A stretch of DNA of 63,930 bases, counting the filler, from Octopus bimaculoides (taxonomy: Eukaryota), in NCBI RefSeq assembly GCF_001194135.2. It is 5 parts of 5 records of this genome, joined end to end, with 100 filler letters (N's around TTAATTAATTAA, not from the genome) between each part and the next. Parts side by side here need not be neighbours in the genome. Positions count along the whole stretch, not along the records: positions 1 to 16,264 come from NC_068994.1; positions 16,365 to 37,225 come from NC_069005.1; 3 more parts are not named here. The stretch is one strand, 5' to 3'. The position numbers were made by a program, and so were the translations under genes. The notes below the pieces were generated by a model, which saw only the letters and a list, made by a program, of their open reading frames with translations, was not told the DNA's origin and searched no databases. Positions within the stretch are counted from its first letter, which is position 1. Each line of letters starts with the position of its first letter. Shown one piece after another: positions 10,432-22,234 of this stretch.

Positions 10432-11290
10432 AGGCATATGGCTTAGAGGTTAAGGTAGTCGAGCTCTTAATCAAAGGGTCATGAGTTCAATACTTGGTGG
10501 TGTGTTGTGTACTTGAGCAAGAGTTTATTTCATGCTGCTCCAGTGTGCAAAGCCGACAAAAATGAGGAGTGCCTCCCTGAGATTCAGCGTGACACAGAAT
10601 GCGACAAGGCTGGCCTCTTGAATTACAGGTACAACTCATTTTACCCAGCTTAGTGCACTGGAGTGGAGGCAGCGGACTCGTGGTCATAGGAGCGCGGTTT
10701 CGATTCCCAGTCTGGGCGTTGTGAGTGTTTATTGAGCGAAAACACCTAAAGCTCCACAAGGCTCCGGCAGGGGATGGTGGCGAACCCTGCTGTACTCTTC
10801 CACCACAACTTTCTCTTACTTCCTGTTTCTGCTGTGCCTGTAATTCAAAAGGGTCAGCCTTGTCACACTGTGTCACGCTGAATATCCCCGAGAACTACGT
10901 TAAAGGTACACGTGTCTGTGGAGTGCTCAGCCACTTGCACGTTAATTTCACAAGCAGGCTGTTCTGTTGATCGGATCAACTGGAACCCTCGACGTCGTAA
11001 ACGATGGAGTGCCAACAACAGTTGTATCCTTGAACAAGAGTTTATTTCATGTTGCTCCAGTGCGCGAAGCTGACAAAAATGAGGAGTACCTCCCTGAGAT
11101 TCAGCGTGACACAGAATGCGACAAGGCTGGCCTCTTGAATTACAGGTACAACTCATTTTACCCGGCTTAGTGCACTGGAGCAACATGAAATAAAGACACT
11201 TGCTCAAGGATACAATGCAACACCAGAAATCGAACTCCCAACCTTATGATTGTAAACTGAACACCCTAACTGCTAAGTCACATGGTATCA
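10432..11290. mobile_element. Fold-back pair of family C SINEs (forward head, reverse body), interrupted by SINE D
   Basis: 10432-10570 and 11160-11290 are inverted homologs; 10504-10663 is repeated at 11021-11180. Confidence 0.7.
10664..11020 (+). mobile_element. SINE family D, 5' head partly deleted
   Basis: Near-identical to copies at 46861 and 56758; B box ggtttcgattcc. Confidence 0.8.
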
Positions 11291-11679
11291 AGTCCCTTGG
11301 GTTGCAGTTTGCCCACGACTGTTCTATATGGAGGTCTAATAATCTCTTAGAAATAGTAGCCAAATCTCTTTCAATTCATACTACACTCTTTTAAGAAAGA
11401 CAAGCCATGTTGGATAATGCAGTTTGAGACTTTGGAAGAAAAAAGTAAACAAACAAACCCAAATGGGATTTTCATGGTTGGAAAGCCTTTGATCATAGGT
11501 CTGACCAAGTCATGGTTGGCATGGGCTAAACAACAAGGCTGACCCTTGAACAGTGGACATCAAACAAAGCAAAGTGAATACTTTATGGCACTTTTCGATA
11601 ATTGTAAATTCCATTGTGTGAGAAACTAACAATTATAACAGTTATTGAACTTATTAGAAATGAAAATAAGTATAAAATT

Positions 11680-12011
11680 ACGGAGATGTACTTGCATAGC
11701 AAGTGACCTGATCTGAGATCGTGTGCTGGAACGAAAACAATTGCAGCGTGGAAGGTGTTTATAAGCCATTTAAAATAACACACAAGAACCGTTAGATTCA
11801 CTTCAACATTTAAATTTAATTTGTCAAAATATTTTCGTCGCTTTGAGACCGCGACCTGTTCACTGCGACCATCTGAGATGGAGCACAGAATTTTGTCAGT
11901 GAACAGGTCGCGGTCTCAAAGCGCCGAAAATATTTTGACAAATTAAATTTAAATGTTGAAGTGAATCTAACGGATTTTGTGTGTTATTTTAAATGGCTTA
12001 TAAACACCTTC
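11680..12011. mobile_element. Palindromic MITE-like element, right end lost in the gap
   Basis: 11751-11865 is the reverse complement of 11897-12011 (115 bp, 3 mismatches, 31-bp spacer). The left boundary is uncertain. Confidence 0.8.
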
Positions 12012-12773
12012 NNNNNNNNNNNNNNNNNNNNNNNNNNNNNNNNNNNNNNNNNNNNNNNNNNNNNNNNNNNNNNNNNNNNNNNNNNNNNNNNNNNNNNNNN
12101 NNNNNNNNNNNNNNNNNNNNNNNNNNNNNNNNNNNNNNNNNNNNNNNNNNNNNNNNNNNNNNNNNNNNNNNNNNNNNNNNNNNNNNNNNNNNNNNNNNNN
12201 NNNNNNNNNNNNNNNNNNNNNNNNNNNNNNNNNNNNNNNNNNNNNNNNNNNNNNNNNNNNNNNNNNNNNNNNNNNNNNNNNNNNNNNNNNNNNNNNNNNN
12301 NNNNNNNNNNNNNNNNNNNNNNNNNNNNNNNNNNNNNNNNNNNNNNNNNNNNNNNNNNNNNNNNNNNNNNNNNNNNNNNNNNNNNNNNNNNNNNNNNNNN
12401 NNNNNNNNNNNNNNNNNNNNNNNNNNNNNNNNNNNNNNNNNNNNNNNNNNNNNNNNNNNNNNNNNNNNNNNNNNNNNNNNNNNNNNNNNNNNNNNNNNNN
12501 NNNNNNNNNNNNNNNNNNNNNNNNNNNNNNNNNNNNNNNNNNNNNNNNNNNNNNNNNNNNNNNNNNNNNNNNNNNNNNNNNNNNNNNNNNNNNNNNNNNN
12601 NNNNNNNNNNNNNNNNNNNNNNNNNNNNNNNNNNNNNNNNNNNNNNNNNNNNNNNNNNNNNNNNNNNNNNNNNNNNNNNNNNNNNNNNNNNNNNNNNNNN
12701 NNNNNNNNNNNNNNNNNNNNNNNNNNNNNNNNNNNNNNNNNNNNNNNNNNNNNNNNNNNNNNNTCTTTGTCTT

Positions 12774-13020
12774 GCAAGTTACCTGCCAGTGCCGCAAAAA
12801 AAGCGTCCAGTCCACACTGTAAAGTATTTGGCATTTGGAAAGGGCATCCAGATGTAAAAATCCAGCCAAAACTGACCTTTCCTATGCTGGTGCCACGTAA
12901 AAAGCACTCGGTAAACTGTGGTTGGTGTTAGGAAGGGCATCCAGCCATAGAAACCATGCCAAAACAGACACTGAAGCCTGGTGTAGTCTTCTACTTGACC
13001 AGCTTATGTCAAAGCGGACA
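12774..13020 (+). mobile_element. Non-autonomous repeat with RTE-type 3'-UTR-like motif (family E)
   Basis: ggttggtgttaggaagggcatccagc motif occurs twice; the reverse complement occurs at ~14515-14545. Confidence 0.5.
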
Positions 13021-14416
13021 TTAACCCTGTTGATACCAACCTGGCTGAAACAGCCTCTGGTTCTGTAGTACAAATGTTGTTTTTATAAGTTTTGAATTAA
13101 AATCTTCCACCAAACCTAAGTCGCAAGTTATGTTCCTAACACTACCTTAATGATAACTAAGTTATTTTACTAAATTCTTTGTTATATTTAAAATTGAAAG
13201 AAACACAGAGCATCTCAAAAGAAAGGGTTAACATGTATAATTCTTAAACCTTTTGATACCAAATATAAATATATATAAATGTGTGTATGCGTGTATTTTG
13301 GAACCTATATTGAATCCATACTATGGCATTTTATTCCCGGTATCAAGATGGTCCACTGAAACTTGCTTGACTAAATTATTTGATATTGGTGTGAAGTTTT
13401 GATATACATGTAGCAATTTACTAAACATACACTTATTCTCTCTCTCTCTCTCTCTCTCACACATGCCTGTTATTCTTCGCAAGACTCTCTGTACAAATGT
13501 ACTGAACACATTTTGATACTTTAAGAAAAATAATATTGTCTAGGCATCTAAACATACACACTTGTGTATATGTTTTTATATGCAAGGTTGGCCAAAAGTC
13601 ACCTGTCAGAAGATATTGCAGAATTTTAAGATTTTACACCAGTTATTTTGATGTCCATTCACTTTTCCGAACTACTCCCATCATGAAATTGAAAAGAGAG
13701 GGAAACAGGTGTATTGCTGTAGAGGAGGTACATGGTTACCTGGCCGGTGAGAGAAAGAATGAGGACAGAAACAGGTGTGCTGCTGTAAAAGAGATACAAG
13801 GTTAGAGAGAGAGAGAGAGAGAGAGTGAGAGAGTGTGGAAGATAGTGGCCACACTGTAACAAGTTAGAAAACTGTTATTCATCTTGAGAAAGCATCTTTA
13901 TATAGATGTATAGTGCTAAAAAGCACAGAAGTGTAACAGCAGCAAAAAAAAAGTTTAGGCTTTCTACATTTTATCCACATTAAGATATATATACAGGATG
14001 CTATTCTGAACTAATACAGCTTCCATTACTAATAACAAATAAATTTGAATACCTTTAGATATGTAGGCAGTGAGATGCTACACAGTGGGATTAATAATAT
14101 GAAAAATTCTATTGGCAGAATATGAACAATAGCACTATATAGAATACTGTATAAGTAACAGCAGGGGTCATGCACGTTTATAAATGTGTGCAGACTTACA
14201 CTTTATAACTAATCTTTTTCTTACATATCAATGGATAACTATATATACCAATTCACCTGTGTGAATGTATACATGCGTGAACTCACACACACACACACAC
14301 ACACATACATACATATATATANNNNNNNNNNNNNNNNNNNNNNNNNNNNNNNNNNNNNNNNNNNNNNNNNNNNNNNNNNNNNNNNNNNNNNNNNNNNNNN
14401 NNNNNNNNNNNNNNNN

Positions 14417-14778
14417 ACGTCCGCTTTCCATGCTAGCATGGGTTGGACGATTTGACTGAGGACTGGTGAAACCGGATGGCAACACCAGGCTCCAGTCTGA
14501 TTTGGCAGAGTTTCTACAGCTGGATGCCCTTCCTAACGCCAACCACTCAGAGAGTGTAGTGGGTGCTTTTACGTGTCACCCGCACGAAAACGGCCACGCT
14601 CGAAATGGTGTCTTTTATGTGCCACCCGCACAAGCCAGTCCAGGGGCACTGGCAACGATCTCGCTCGAAAATCCTACAGGAGCCAGTCAGGCGGTACTGG
14701 CAACGGCCACGCTCAAAATGGTGCATCTCATGTGCCAACCGCACAAGAACCAGTCCAGGGGCACTGGCAACGATCTAT
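14417..14778 (-). mobile_element. Family E repeat with internal tandem units
   Basis: ctggatgcccttcctaacgccaacc motif, plus repeated ggcaacggccacgctc / ccagtccaggggcactggcaacgatct units. Confidence 0.55.
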
Positions 14779-15221
14779 ATATGTACACATACAACGATAT
14801 ATATATGTACACAAACTGTATTTTCTGGCATGAATTTTTCAAACCAAAATTTACAGCTAAAGAAAAAGGTAGGTTGGCTTATGCACAAAACATGACATCG
14901 GAGGACCAGAAATTCCATGTGAAATGCAGCAAGAGAATGGAAAGACAGCGACGATGTTTAAATGTTTACATGACATGTTTACACTATATACTATGTTGGC
15001 TTGTATTCCAGAAAATACTGTGTGTATGTGTGTGTGTGTATATATATACACAATACACATACATAAATGAAAAATCACATTTGGCACTGAAAGGTGCCAA
15101 CAACAATTTATACTGACATACACAAATGTACATGCACATATAATAAAATATGTACACCCACATTACACTGGACAATGATGGTGATTTTTAGATATATATA
15201 TGCATCAAATATACACCAATG

Positions 15222-15301
<80 letters not shown>

Positions 15302-15639
15302 AGAGAGAGAGAAAGAGAGAGAGAGAAAGAGAGTACAAACATATATAGGCATCTAGTGGTGGTGTGTTCTTGGGTGTGTTCAGTGCATGTTATCCTTCTC
15401 CAGCACTCTCTCTATGACCTGGGAGGACCTGTACACCCCCGTGCCGCCATTGGATAGGCTACTGGAACTATGGACAGCCATGATGAGACTTTGGGATGAA
15501 TGCAGGAGAGGTTTCCTATTGCCATCTCCAGGCAGGTGGGATTTGAACTCAGAATGCAGAGAGCAGGAAGATATACCACAAAGGATTTCTGCCAGTGTGC
15601 CAATGTTTCTGGCACTCTCCCACCTACAGAGCAATGAGA

Positions 15640-15745
15640 AATAAGGTGTTTTGTTCAAGAGCACAACATGCTGCCCTGCTCAGGAATTGAACTCATGATC
15701 TAGCAACTGTGAGTGTAACACCCTAACCACTAGACCATGTGCCTT

Positions 15746-15748
<3 letters not shown>
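15640..15748 (-). mobile_element. SINE family C head fragment
   Basis: Reverse complement of the C head and CORE start; head-to-head with the copy at 15816. Confidence 0.65.
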
Positions 15749-15802
<54 letters not shown>

Positions 15803-15815
15803 GTGTGTATGTGTG

Positions 15816-16135
15816 AAGGTGCATGGCTCAGTTGTTAGAGCATTTGGCTTCACAATCATGAGGTAGTGAGTTCGATTCCCGGACCGGACTGTGTGTTGTG
15901 TTCTTGAGCAAGACACTTTATTCCGCATGGCTCCAGTTCACTCAGCTGTAGAAATGAGTTGTGACATCATTGGTTCCAAGCTGCATCAGCCTTGCCTTTC
16001 CCCCCACTCCATACCAACATCAGTGGTATGGAGTGGGGGGGGAGGAAGACTGGTATGCATGGGCGGCTGTTGGTCTTCCACAAACAACCTTGCCCGGACT
16101 TATGCCTTGGAGGGGAACTTTCTCTGACTGAAGGA
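15816..16135 (+). mobile_element. SINE family C (tail type 3)
   Basis: A box tggctcagttg, B box gagttcgattcc, CORE-like gtgttcttgagcaagacacttt. Confidence 0.75.
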
Positions 16136-16508
16136 GGTCTTTAACCTTTACCTGTGTGTGTGTGCGAGAAAGTGTTTTTAATTATTTTTTAAAACCCAAA
16201 ACAATGCAAGTTATAAAAAAAACTTAATAACAGAGGTCAGTGGTTTGTACTTTTACCTTGTATTNNNNNNNNNNNNNNNNNNNNNNNNNNNNNNNNNNNN
16301 NNNNNNNNTTAATTAATTAANNNNNNNNNNNNNNNNNNNNNNNNNNNNNNNNNNNNNNNNNNNNACTGAAGATTATCAGTATCTTTTTAAAGAAATTCAT
16401 TCAAAGTATAGCAGTTTCATGTGGTTGTATTTGACTTAAATATTAATAAGCTGGGAAAGGCAAAGTACTTTGGATTGCTGTATGGAGTCGTATCTGTTTT
16501 AAAAAATA

Positions 16509-17444
16509 CGGGGTGAGTACTAAAAAGTTCCTGGTTTGGGGTAAAAGAAAATACAGGAGGATCAGTTAATTATGATTTTATTCAACATATTCCCCACTCA
16601 GATTCACATTTATTGCAGTGATCCTTCAGTTCTTATAAAGTCTGTAAAAAGAACTCGGAATGTTGGGCCTCCAAACAGGTCTCTGTAGCAGCGATCACGG
16701 AGTGAAATTTCGTTCCCTTGAGATGTCTTTTCAGTTATCGAAAGAGTTGATAGTCAGAGGGACCAAAAGTAAGGTGGGTGATCTACCAATTCGAAGCCAA
16801 AGTCGCGTATTTTCCGTTGAGTTTCATGTGCTGTGTCCTAGTGCATTGTCCTAAAAAAAGAAAAAAAAAATGAAAAAGAAAACGGTACAGCACGGCTCAA
16901 TTTCCTCGGCGTTTCTGTTTCGGCACCCATTTTGCGGAAAGTTTTCTCATGTTCAGAATGTTGTGGATCATGTGGCCAACTCTTTCGTGGGAAACCCCCA
17001 GAGTCTCAGCTATTAATTTAGCTGAAATTCGGCGGTCCCCGAAAATCATGACTTGTATAGCACCGGCTTTGTCCTCTGTGCTCACAAAAGTTAGCCGTCC
17101 TAACCGGAGTTCATCTGTAACTACGAAATGACATCAAGATTTTCAGTATGAAGTAGAATGGGCGACCATCCTTTAAGACTTACTTCAGCTCACCATGGAT
17201 TTCCGTCACTCTTTTGCTTTTCAAAAAGGGGGACTTCATGATCGCCCGTGCTTCAATTTTACCAAAATCCACTATAGGAACTGGCACCATGCGTTAAATC
17301 TGCAAAAACGAGAAAGATATATTGTATACCATCATGATCTTTTGCATATCTTCTCCTAAATAATAGTCCTGCTTCTCTTGTAAAGGTAACAGCTCTACCC
17401 TTTCCCGATACCCTTAAAGCCAGGAACTTTTCAGCACTACCTCG
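16509..17444 (-). mobile_element. Internally deleted mariner element (decayed transposase)
   Basis: Imperfect ~30-bp TIRs with TA at 16507-16508 and 17445-17446. Fragments ETLGVSHERVGHMIHNILNMRKLSAKWVPK and FELVDHPP..PSDYQLF..LKRHLKG. Confidence 0.9.
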
Positions 17445-18366
17445 TATGTGTGTGCGTGTGCGTGCGCGCGTGTGCGTGTGTATACACGCATATATATATA
17501 CATATGTACGTAGTCTCTGTAGAGTTAAATATATTAAGTAATATAACGTATTAGAATTATTTCAAAATATTGGTAAGTGGTAATTCTTCGAGTATCAGCA
17601 CAAAGAATCTGCTTAATCAGACATATACCTCAATTTGATTCTATTATAATTATTTCGTTATTATATCACAGTTAAAAAAAAAGGCAAGTACCATTAGATC
17701 GTAAGCCAGAAATTTAGTTCAACCGGAATCAAAGGCATCAATTAAGAAAGCAACAAATAAAAATAATAAAAATTAAAATAAGCGAATAGCTAGATAAATA
17801 AATAATTTCAGTAATGATCTGCTGGTAAAGTGGCGATGAAACATACAAACATAAATGTATAGGGAACGTAAGGCTTTATAATCCAAGCTATGTCCACATG
17901 AACCACATCTACAAGTTCATATTAACCAGTGTATGTATCTAGATGTTTTATTTTGACTGTGATATAAACAGAGATTGAAATTTTTGGTGAATTCACTTTG
18001 CAGAGTAATAACATATGAAAACAGAAAACTGGAAAAGTTGGTATAATTTTAATTCTATGTTACACCTGTTTAATTACAAGTTAGGAGTCACAAAGGTATA
18101 CACGTAGAAAAAAAATATGTGTAGAATTTCTAATCCACAACTGTTCAGAAAAAGATTAAAAGAATAATACAAATTTACATTTGGATGCTGCTGCTGTTTA
18201 TAGCATTAAGCATTAATGCTACATTGGGAGATAGAGGGGAAAGTTAGAGGGGATGGAAGAATATAATATTGAGGGCGTGAATGAGAGAGAAACAGAGAAA
18301 ATACAACATCTATTTGGTGTGTGTGTTTATGTATGTATATTCTGTTATTCTGTTATTCTGTTATTC

Positions 18367-18480
18367 TGTTACTTGTTTCACTCATTTGACTGCGTCTATG
18401 CTGGAGCACCGCATTAAAAGGTTTGCAGTCGCAGAAATTGACCTCAGGACTTTACATACATACACACATACATGCATACA

Positions 18481-18511
<31 letters not shown>

Positions 18512-18553
18512 GGTGGTTGTCTACTCCTTATGCAGAGTCTGACCACACACACA

Positions 18554-18625
<72 letters not shown>

Positions 18626-20352
18626 CAACAGGCTTCTTTCAGTTTCCGTCAATCAAATCCACTCAGAAGGCTTTGGTTAGCCCGAGGCTATACACTGCGT
18701 CCCACATTATTAGGAAAATTAATCTTCTCTCAATAAATAACTGTATATTCATTCAAAACCAGTTGATTTCTTACTGGCTGTTGGCAATACCTATCTGCGC
18801 GCATTCTGTTAAAATAAATCGGATCTGAGCAGACGTCAACAAACGGCGCCCATTTTTGTGATTGGGCAACATTTTCACCGTCACGAATTATTAGGCAAAT
18901 ATAATAAAAATGATAACTGTGTCAGAACAAACATTTATTTAATTCAACAGTAAAGGTTTAAAAAAAAAAACTATAGATAAAGGACTTAATGGTAAACATA
19001 ATAATACGTTCGAATGAAAATAATCATGGGATTATGATATCATACAGCTCCTAATGTTTGTTGTATGATCCTCCACATGCAATAACTTCCCTTACGCGCT
19101 GATCCATTGAATTTGTCATGGTGATGATATCTTCTTGTGTCATACATTGAGCAGCATCTACAATAGCATCCCAGAGGGCAACTTTACTTGAAAACTGCCT
19201 TCCATCTTGGTAAACGCGCCTCTTCAGGACACTCTATAGGTTCTCGATCGGGTTTAAGTCAGGGGAACAAGGTGGCCACTCCATTAAACGACCTCCTGAG
19301 AACCATATTTGCTGCAAATATTCCTTAGAATTCTTCGCTGCATGAGACGGGGTATTATCTTGCTTGAAGACCAACTTTCTCTTGAATGAAGGTTTTTGCT
19401 TTTTGAACCATGGTTGGAAATTATCCTTTTGGAAGGTAACATGTTTTCGATATCATCCTAATGCTATCTGGGACTTTCCATGCCCCGACTATCATACTAC
19501 CAACGATGCCAGCCCTAAATATGACTCCACCTCCTCCCTGTTGGCATCTCAAACGATGAAGATGGTTCCCGCTGATTGACACCCAACCTTTACTTCAGCC
19601 ATGTGTCCCATCAAGGGTAGCACGGCATTCGTCAGTGAATAGAACTGTTGAACAATCTGTCTTAATGTATTCTGCGGCCCATTTCAGTCACTTCTGCTCA
19701 TGAACAACTTTCAGAGGGGGCCTTGTAACAGGTTTAACATTCCTGTCTACCTGCTTCAAGAAGCGACTCCTGGTAATTTTCAATACGTCTTCCCTGTCAC
19801 AACGTCTGAAGACTTCTCTACTTGTCAGACATGCTTTCCGCACAACTTCGCTTTTCACACGTGACATAGTACGATTCGAAGCAACCCTCGACTTACCCTT
19901 ATCTACCCTCGACCGGACAGAAACAGGAGACTGCACAAATTTCTTCACTGTTCGGTGATCTCTTCCCAATATTTTTGATATTTCTATGGTTGTTTTACCT
20001 TTTCCAAGCTCTGACACGATGGGAAACTTCTCATTCGAGGTAAGATGACTTACATTGGGCACCTGCCTGATAATTTGGGACAGCAAAAATGTTGCTGCTA
20101 CACGATAATGGCCGCCGCTTATTTTCGTCTGCGCAGATCCGATTTATTTTAACAGAATGTGCGCAGATAGGTGTTGCCAACAGTCAGTGGGGAAACAACT
20201 AGTTTTGAACGAATATACATTTATTTATTGAGAGAAGCTTGATTTGTCTAATAATGTGGGACACAGTGTAGTAGAAGACACTTGCACAAGGTCGACTGAA
20301 TCCGGAACCATGTTGTTGGGAAGCAAGTTTCTCACCGCACATCCACACCTGT
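18367..20352 (-). mobile_element. SINE family A split by the Tc1-like element
   Basis: The consensus ggctaTAgtagaagac is split at TA; halves are 18367-18692 and 20269-20352. Confidence 0.85.
18693..20268 (-). mobile_element. Full-length but decayed Tc1-like transposon with DD37E transposase (TRT-like)
   Basis: ~165-bp TIRs and TA TSD at 18691-18692 and 20269-20270. Motifs GRDHRTVKKFV, VLFTDE, QQGGGGV, QDNTPSH and WPPCSPDLNPIEN; 37 residues between the second D and the E. Several stops and frameshifts. Confidence 0.93.
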
Positions 20353-20488
20353 GCCTATATAAGTATATATATATAGTTGAAAATATGTGGAAAACAAATA
20401 TAAAATGTGGAAGAGAAATGCCTTCGTTTCATATAGTTTAATATCTTTTTATAAATATATTCATGTCGTATATGTCGTATATATACAC

Positions 20489-20600
20489 CCAGTGAATATA
20501 CTGTGCAGCTCTATCATGCCTGTTGAGATACTCCGTAGGCACAAGAAGACTGCACATGGAAAAAACATGATCAATGGTTTCATTTTGTTTGTTGTTGTTG
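20489..20600 (-). mobile_element. R4/Dong-clade LINE fragment (zinc-knuckle region)
   Basis: ETIDHVFSMCSLLVPTEYLNRHDRAAQYIHWV, homologous to 22830-22930. Confidence 0.8.
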
Positions 20601-20603
20601 CTG

Positions 20604-20688
<85 letters not shown>

Positions 20689-20689
<1 letters not shown>

Positions 20690-21910
20690 CCTTTGCATAT
20701 CTCCTTACGCTGGAAATGTACTATGGCATCAGCTGTTCAGTACCAGTGAACTTAGGTAACACCCCTTATTTTTCGAGCGCTATCCGGAGTATTAGAGCGG
20801 TTCCAGGCAGTGCTATTTTCTGCAAGTACTCCTATTTGTTCCGTGTATTTCTCTAGATTTTTACACACTGTTCCCAGGGCTCCGACAATTATTGGTACCA
20901 CTACCACCTCTTTCAGCGACCACAACTGCTTAACCGCCCAAGCTAACCTCTTATATCTATCGACCTTTCTTTCTCCCTTATTGCATACTTTGTCAGTTGG
21001 GATGCTATATGATCCAGTACCATTTGCTTACTTTCTCAATTAAGACTATGCCTGGTTTCTTATTCTCTATCTCACTGAATCATAAAATCCCATAGGATCT
21101 TTGCATTAGCATTTTCGATGATGCCTTCGGGTTTATGTTCGTACCACTTTTTTGCTCCGACAGGTCCATATTTGTTGCAAAGTGTCCAATGGACAAACCT
21201 TGCTATAATGTCATGACGTTTCTTATATTCTTTCTGGGCTAGTGGCGTACATTGGCTGGTAATATGCCATGTAGTCTCACCATTTTGTCCACAAATTCTG
21301 CACTTATCACTTTCGATGTGTTATCTATTCTGTATTTGATGTAATTGGTTCTTAATGCTTGCTCTTAGGCAGCACAGATTGGAGCCTCTGTTTCCGATTT
21401 TCAATCACTTTTAGTCATCCATAACCATCTTTTTCTCTGCCTGTCTTATCTTCAACATCTCTATGAAATTGTCCATGTATTCTTTTCTGTATCCAGCTAT
21501 TTTCAGTTTCATTCATTCTCAAGTGCTTGTACTGTGCTTTATCTTTGCAATCTTCCAACGTACACAAGCCTGACCTTCTTACTTCCAATAGTAGCGGTTC
21601 TGTGGAATTTTTTTTTACATATTATGCTATGTTGTTTTCTTCTGCTCTAATGCTGTGTTCGCATCCAATCAGTCTTCTTCCCCTCTTTTTCTTGTCTGTC
21701 TGTGTCACATTTTGTGTGGAGTATCCAATATCTAGTGAGGAACTTCTTTGTCTTTGTGTCTAAGCTGTTTAGTTCGTCTACTGTACATGTGATTACCCCG
21801 GCTCTATATCTAAGGAGTGAAACCGCCCTGGTGTTGATAGCTTCAATCTTATTCTATCCGTTTAATTTCGACTTAAGGATCAGTCTCGGTCTGCGCAAGT
21901 ATTCCACCTT
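20689..21910 (-). mobile_element. R4/Dong-clade LINE, second subfamily, 3' part
   Basis: CRICGQNGETTWHITSQC..EYKKRHD..HW.LC, ILWDFMIQ and LQKIALPGTALILR; the 3' end abuts (AAT)n at 20608-20688. Confidence 0.8.
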
Positions 21911-21928
21911 AAATTTATTATTATTATT

Positions 21929-21964
<36 letters not shown>

Positions 21965-21979
21965 ATTATTATTATTACT

Positions 21980-22150
21980 GCCTTTGCACAGCTTTTAACG
22001 CTGGAGACGTACTACAGTATCAGCTGTTCACTACCAGTGAACTAAGGTAACACCTCTTACTTTTCGAGCACCTTCCGGAATATTGGAACGGCTCCAAGCA
22101 GTGCTGTTTTCTGCAAGTGCTCCACCCTTATTGCAGCCCCTATTTGTTCC
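21980..22150 (-). mobile_element. R4/Dong-clade LINE 3' end (second subfamily)
   Basis: Homologous to 20689-20830; abuts (AAT/AAC)n at 21914-21978. Confidence 0.75.
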
Positions 22151-22234
22151 ATGTACTTCTCTGTCTTTGTATTGTCCCCTCATCCTTCACCCTGGTGGCA
22201 AATACAAGTGATCATTATTATTATTATTATTATT

